From assembly GCA_036393975.1 (NCBI GenBank), contig DASWFZ010000008.1, forward strand, positions 1 through 63,105: a DNA stretch of 63,105 nucleotides. The letters are read 5' to 3'. The notes under the pieces were generated by a model. That model did not search any database. It was not told the origin of the DNA and saw only the letters and a program-made list of their open reading frames with translations. Source of the DNA: a bacterium. Lineage in GTDB: Bacteria > Sysuimicrobiota > Sysuimicrobiia > Sysuimicrobiales > Kaftiobacteriaceae. Below are positions 58,720 to 63,105 of this stretch, one piece after another (within the stretch, counting starts at the first letter, position 1; each line of letters starts with the position of its first letter). The position numbers and the translations under genes were made by a program.

Positions 58720-59637
58720 ATGAAAGTCCTTGTCACGGGAGGGGCCGGGTTCATCGGCTCGCATGTCGTCGACGCCTACATCGCCGCCGGCCACCAGGTC
58801 GCCGTTGTGGACAACCTCACGAGGGGTCAGCGCGACTACGTCAACTCCTCCGCGCGCCTATATGAGGTGGATCTCCGGGCCCCGCGCCTTCGTGACGTCT
58901 TCGAACGCGAACGGCCCGAGGTCGTCAACCACCATGCGGCGCAGGCGTCGGTCGTCGCCTCAGTCGCCGATCCCCGGGCGGATGCGGATGTCAACGTGAT
59001 GGGCACTCTGCACCTCCTGACTCTATGTGCGCAACACCGCGTACGCCGCATCGTCTTTGCATCGACCGGAGGCGCGATTTACGGCGAGCCACGCGCCCTG
59101 CCCGCCACAGAAGATCACCCGGCGACTCCCCTCTCGCCCTATGGGATTAGCAAGCTCGCCGGCGAGTACTATGTGCGGTACTTCCAAGGGGCCGGGGTGA
59201 CGTGGGCCATCTTGCGCTACGCGAACGTCTACGGTCCGCGGCAGGATCCCCACGGGGAGGCTGGTGTCATTGCGATTTTCGCCGCGGCGATGCTCGATGG
59301 GCGGGCACCGACGATCTTCGGAGACGGCACGCAGACGCGCGACTTCGTCTTCGTCGAAGACGTCGCGCGGGCCAATCTCCTGGCGACCGCAGTTCCGACG
59401 TCCGGATTGGCGAATATCGGCACCGGCGTGGAAACATCGATCAACGATATCGCGCGCCACCTCGCCGCGCTCAGCGGCTTTCAGGGCGACCCGCTTCATG
59501 CGGCTCCGCGTCCCGGCGAAGTCTATCGGATTGCGATCGACCCGTCTCACGCGGCGCAATGGTTGGGATGGACGCCCCCTACTCCCCTGGTGGACGGTCT
59601 GCGGAAGACGGTGGAATGGTGCCGGAGCGCGCGCTAA
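58720..59637 (+). CDS. NAD-dependent sugar epimerase (UDP-glucose 4-epimerase-like SDR)
   Basis: MKVLVTGGAGFIGSHVV and YGISKLAGE (YxxxK). Confidence 0.85.
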   Translation: MKVLVTGGAGFIGSHVVDAYIAAGHQVAVVDNLTRGQRDYVNSSARLYEVDLRAPRLRDVFERERPEVVNHHAAQASVVASVADPRADADVNVMGTLHLLTLCAQHRVRRIVFASTGGAIYGEPRALPATEDHPATPLSPYGISKLAGEYYVRYFQGAGVTWAILRYANVYGPRQDPHGEAGVIAIFAAAMLDGRAPTIFGDGTQTRDFVFVEDVARANLLATAVPTSGLANIGTGVETSINDIARHLAALSGFQGDPLHAAPRPGEVYRIAIDPSHAAQWLGWTPPTPLVDGLRKTVEWCRSAR

Positions 59638-59753
59638 TCCGCTACGCCAGATCCGGCGGCCCGCTCCCTTTCTGACAACCTCATTTGTAGGGGTAATGCC
59701 ATAATGGGTAGCGAAAGGGTCAGCACGGATTCCCCCAAATGAAGGAGCCTTAG

Positions 59754-61466
59754 GTGGCGGCGCAACCCATTGGCTATTTTGCCCTCGTCCTGCATACGCA
59801 TCTCCCCTTTGTCATAGGACATGGGAAATGGCCGCACGGGAGCGACTGGCTGATGGAAGTGGCGGTCGGATGCTACCTCCCCCTGCTGGACGCCGCCACT
59901 GCGCTCACTGCTTCCGGCATCTCGCCCCACATGACGATCGATGTCTCCCCGGTCTTGGCTGAGCAACTTGCCTCGGCCGCGTTTCGCACCGAATTCGACG
60001 ACTACTTGCGAGCCCGCATCCAGTCAGCCCGGGAGAACCGCACGGAGTTTGAAGCCGCAGGACGGGGGGATCTGGCCAACCTCGCCACGGGGTGGGAACG
60101 TCTCTATCGCGACCGGCTCGAGCAGTTCGAACGTCTCAATGGAGATCTGCTCGGCCGCTTCCGCCACCTCGCTGATGAAGGGCACCTGACCCTCATCACC
60201 TGCGCGGCCACCCACGGGTACCTGCCGCTTCTCAGCCGCGAAGAGTCGGTGGACTTGCAGTTGCGCGTCGCCGTGGCCACACATCAGCGGCACTTTGGCC
60301 GACTTCCGGGAGGCATCTGGTTACCGGAGTGCGCGTACCGCCCCCGCTACGAGTGGACGCCGCCTGTCGGTCCCCACAAGGGCCGCGTCCATCTCCGCCG
60401 CCGCGGGATCGAAGAATTCTTGGCCCAGTTCGGCATCAAGTTTTTCATCACCGATACGCACCTGATGCGCGGCGGAAGTCCGCTGTCCGCGTACCGTGAT
60501 TATTACCCGGCGCTGCACGTAGTGCCCGGTCCTCAACCCCCCTCCTATCGACCCAATCGCTCGCCATACCGGCCGTACCTCATCGCGTCCCGTGGAGGAG
60601 GAGGAACCGCCGCCGCGTTCGTGCGGGATCCCGAGACGACCCTGCAGGTCTGGAGCCGAGAACGGGGTTACCCAGGCGATGGGTGGTACCTCGAGTTTCA
60701 CAAGAAACACTTCCCCGGAGGACTGCGCTATTGGCGGGTCACCGAGGCGAAGACCGATCTGGGCGCCAAACTCCCTTACGATCCAACTCGGGCCCAGGAG
60801 CAGACCCGCGCACACGCTGAACACTTTACCGATCTCTTGCACCGCGTGCTCGCGGCGGCCCCCGATGGACCGCAGGCGATCGTGTGCAGCCCCTACGACA
60901 CGGAGTTGTTTGGGCATTGGTGGTTTGAAGGTCCCCGCTGGCTGCAGGAAGTCTTCGCCCGCTTGCCGCAGGCCGGTATTGCGCCGCAGGACTGTGTCAC
61001 TGCGCTCCAAGCCCGCCCCCCACAAGAGACGACGACCCTCCTTGAAGGGTCGTGGGGAGAAGGCGGCGATCACCGGGTCTGGTTAAACCACGAGACAGAG
61101 TGGACGTGGGAACGGGTGTACGGGGCCGAGGACGAGTTCTGGACCCTAGCTAAGCAACCCAACATGCGAGCCACCGAGTCCGGCCGGCGCCTTCTCAGCC
61201 AACTCGCACGCGAACTGCTCTTGCTGCAGGCGTCGGACTGGCAGTTCTTGATTACGACGTGGGCCGCGCGCGACTACGCCGAGGCCCGCGTCGCCGAGCA
61301 CTATGCGACGTTTACCCGCCTCGCGCAGATGCTGCATCATGTCGCATCCGGAGGAACGATACCTGCGGGGGATGAGGAATTCCTGGCAGCCCGTGAAGCG
61401 CAGAACTTCCTGTTCCCTGACGTGCTGACGCATGTCGTGGAGGCCTCCCGCACCACCGCGGCGTGA
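59754..61466 (+). CDS. GH57-family 1,4-alpha-glucan branching enzyme-like protein
   Basis: GYFALVLHTHLPFV, GHLTLITCAATHGYLPLL and CSPYDTELFGHWWFEGPRWL. GAAGGAG SD upstream. Confidence 0.8.
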   Translation: MAAQPIGYFALVLHTHLPFVIGHGKWPHGSDWLMEVAVGCYLPLLDAATALTASGISPHMTIDVSPVLAEQLASAAFRTEFDDYLRARIQSARENRTEFEAAGRGDLANLATGWERLYRDRLEQFERLNGDLLGRFRHLADEGHLTLITCAATHGYLPLLSREESVDLQLRVAVATHQRHFGRLPGGIWLPECAYRPRYEWTPPVGPHKGRVHLRRRGIEEFLAQFGIKFFITDTHLMRGGSPLSAYRDYYPALHVVPGPQPPSYRPNRSPYRPYLIASRGGGGTAAAFVRDPETTLQVWSRERGYPGDGWYLEFHKKHFPGGLRYWRVTEAKTDLGAKLPYDPTRAQEQTRAHAEHFTDLLHRVLAAAPDGPQAIVCSPYDTELFGHWWFEGPRWLQEVFARLPQAGIAPQDCVTALQARPPQETTTLLEGSWGEGGDHRVWLNHETEWTWERVYGAEDEFWTLAKQPNMRATESGRRLLSQLARELLLLQASDWQFLITTWAARDYAEARVAEHYATFTRLAQMLHHVASGGTIPAGDEEFLAAREAQNFLFPDVLTHVVEASRTTAA

Positions 61467-62671
61467 CGGCCTCGATGACCCGTCCGCGTGTCCTGGCCTT
61501 CATCCTCGCCGGCGGCAAAGGCGAACGGCTATACCCGCTTACCCGTGAGCGGGGAAAACCCGCCGTGCCCTTTGGCGGCAAATACCGAATCATCGATTTC
61601 GTCTTGTCCAACTTCGTCAACTCAGGCGTCTACGCGCTGTATGTCCTGGTCCAGTACAAAGCCCAGTCACTAATCGAACATCTGCGCAACGCCTGGCGTT
61701 TGGGGGGGCTGCCGGACCATTTCGTCATCGTCGTCCCCCCGCAGATGCGGTGGGGCGAGACGTGGTACCAGGGCACGGCCGATGCCGTGTACCAAAACTT
61801 GAACCTGCTGCTAGACTTCGCTCCGGACATGGTCGCCATCTTCGGGTCCGACCACATCTACCGCATGGACATCACGCAGATGCTGGCGTTCGCGCAGGAG
61901 CGCCGGGCCGACATTACCGTGGCCGCTCTCCCTGTACCGGTGAGCCAAGCTAGCAGTTTTGGGGTCATCGCCACAGAGGCGGACGGTCGGATCGTGCGGT
62001 TTGAAGAAAAGCCCGCGTCTCCCACGCCGATGCCGGGGGATCCGACCCGGTGTCTCGCCTCCATGGGCAACTACCTCTTCACGCGTGAGGTGTTGGTGGA
62101 CGCGTTGATCGAAGATGCCCGACGCAGCACCGACCATGATTTTGGTCGCGCCATTCTGCCTGAACTTGTCCCTCACGCGCGCGTGTACGCCTACAACTTT
62201 CTGGACAATGCCCTCCCAGGGATCCAGCCCTATGAGGAAGTCGGCTACTGGCGCGACGTCGGAACGATTGAGGCGTATTGGCAGGCGCACATGGACTTGC
62301 TCGGGCGCACGCCCAAGTTCGAACTGGCCAATCGGTCCTGGCCCATCCACACGGCCCCCTACCGCGGCCCCTCCGCACGTATCGTCGATGGGACAATCGT
62401 GGATTGCCAGCTCGGCGAAGGGTCCATCATCGACGGCGCCACCGTGCGCCGGTCAATCCTCGGACGGGATGTCCGCCTGTTGCCGGGGGCGGTCGTGGAC
62501 GAGTCGGTCCTCCTCGACCACACGGTCGTGGGCGCCGGGGCACGGCTGCGACGGGTGATCGCCGACCGCTACAACGTGATCGAGGACGGAACGCGTCTCG
62601 GCGTCGACGGGAGCGCCGGAGAAGCGGGGATCACGGTACTGCCAAGGGGACCCACGCGCGCGCGGGAATGA
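61463..62671 (+). CDS. glgC: Glucose-1-phosphate adenylyltransferase
   Basis: AFILAGGKGERLYPLTRERGKPAVPFGGKYRIIDFVLSN, GTADAV and FGSDHIYRMD. GTGA overlap with the upstream stop. Confidence 0.9.
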   Translation: MTASMTRPRVLAFILAGGKGERLYPLTRERGKPAVPFGGKYRIIDFVLSNFVNSGVYALYVLVQYKAQSLIEHLRNAWRLGGLPDHFVIVVPPQMRWGETWYQGTADAVYQNLNLLLDFAPDMVAIFGSDHIYRMDITQMLAFAQERRADITVAALPVPVSQASSFGVIATEADGRIVRFEEKPASPTPMPGDPTRCLASMGNYLFTREVLVDALIEDARRSTDHDFGRAILPELVPHARVYAYNFLDNALPGIQPYEEVGYWRDVGTIEAYWQAHMDLLGRTPKFELANRSWPIHTAPYRGPSARIVDGTIVDCQLGEGSIIDGATVRRSILGRDVRLLPGAVVDESVLLDHTVVGAGARLRRVIADRYNVIEDGTRLGVDGSAGEAGITVLPRGPTRARE

Positions 62672-62735
62672 GGACGCCCCCGACCGACGACGCCCCCCTG
62701 CGCTGGTCGGGCTGTCGCCCTGGGGCGGCCTGAGA

Positions 62736-63105
62736 TGAGCTCACACTGGGTTTGCGTCCACGGACACTTTTACCAACCCGCCAGAGAAAACCCCTGGCTT
62801 GACGCCGTCCCGCCCGCAGAGGCTGCCGCACCCTACCACGACTGGAACGAGCGTGTGACCGCCGAATGCTACGCGCGCAACGCAGCGGCGCGCATCCTCG
62901 ACGACGCCAAGCGCATCGTGCGCATCATCAGCACCTACGCCAGCATCAGTTTCAATGTCGGTCCGACGTTGCTGCGGTGGCTCGCGCGTCAGAGCCCCGA
63001 GGTCTACACGGCGATCCTGGAGGCGGATCGGACCAGCCGGCAGGCGCAGTTCGGACACGGCAACGCCATGGCGCAGGTCTACAACCACGTGATCATGCCC
63101 CTGAC
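62736..63105 (+). CDS. GH57-family glycoside hydrolase (amylase / glucanotransferase-like), 5' part only
   Basis: Manual translation gives MSSHWVCVHGHFYQPARENPW...YHDWNERVTAECYARN...ISFNVGPTLLRWL...GHGNAMAQVYNHVIMPL. It runs off the window end. Confidence 0.75.

Overview
This is a GC-rich bacterial chromosomal window (GC judged by eye, not computed). It is densely packed and mostly housekeeping. I found no rRNA, tRNA, CRISPR array, transposase, integrase or recognisable defence genes.

About 60 protein genes are supported. The minus-strand block rpmE-tdk-DUF1385-prfA-prmC-tsaC-rpiB-upp-dCMP deaminase-L25/Ctc-pth, together with rho, transaldolase, argS and htrA, resembles the Bacillus-type (Bacillota) gene order. 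SLH and LysM/M23 wall proteins are also present.

The metabolic genes look more typical of thermophiles, Chloroflexi or archaea:
- a membrane H+/Na+-pyrophosphatase
- two GH57 glycogen enzymes plus glgC
- a bifunctional PGI/PMI
- F420 genes (cofE and an F420 reductase)
- a DRG-type GTPase

Other content includes accD-accA-accB-accC in a single operon, pncB, a GNAT gene coupled to an OSBS/N-succinylamino-acid racemase gene, an isolated cbiA, dinB and aqpZ.

I did not find a convincing multi-gene novel system. The most unusual signals are small and non-coding:
1. A micro-ORF, antiterminator and terminator switch in the cbiA / AMIN-NAGPA intergenic region.
2. An adenosylhomocysteinase gene reduced to fused N- and C-terminal remnants.
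3. A Lys/Arg-rich micro-ORF with a strong SD and its own terminator.
4. A promoter, terminator hairpin and small-ORF module after the racemase gene.
5. Recurrent TGnTAnnnT -10 elements placed 8-9 nt from start codons, implying leaderless or near-leaderless mRNAs.
6. An unknown gene translationally coupled to dinB.

All functional calls come from reading the translated ORFs and recalling family motifs. No database search was run.
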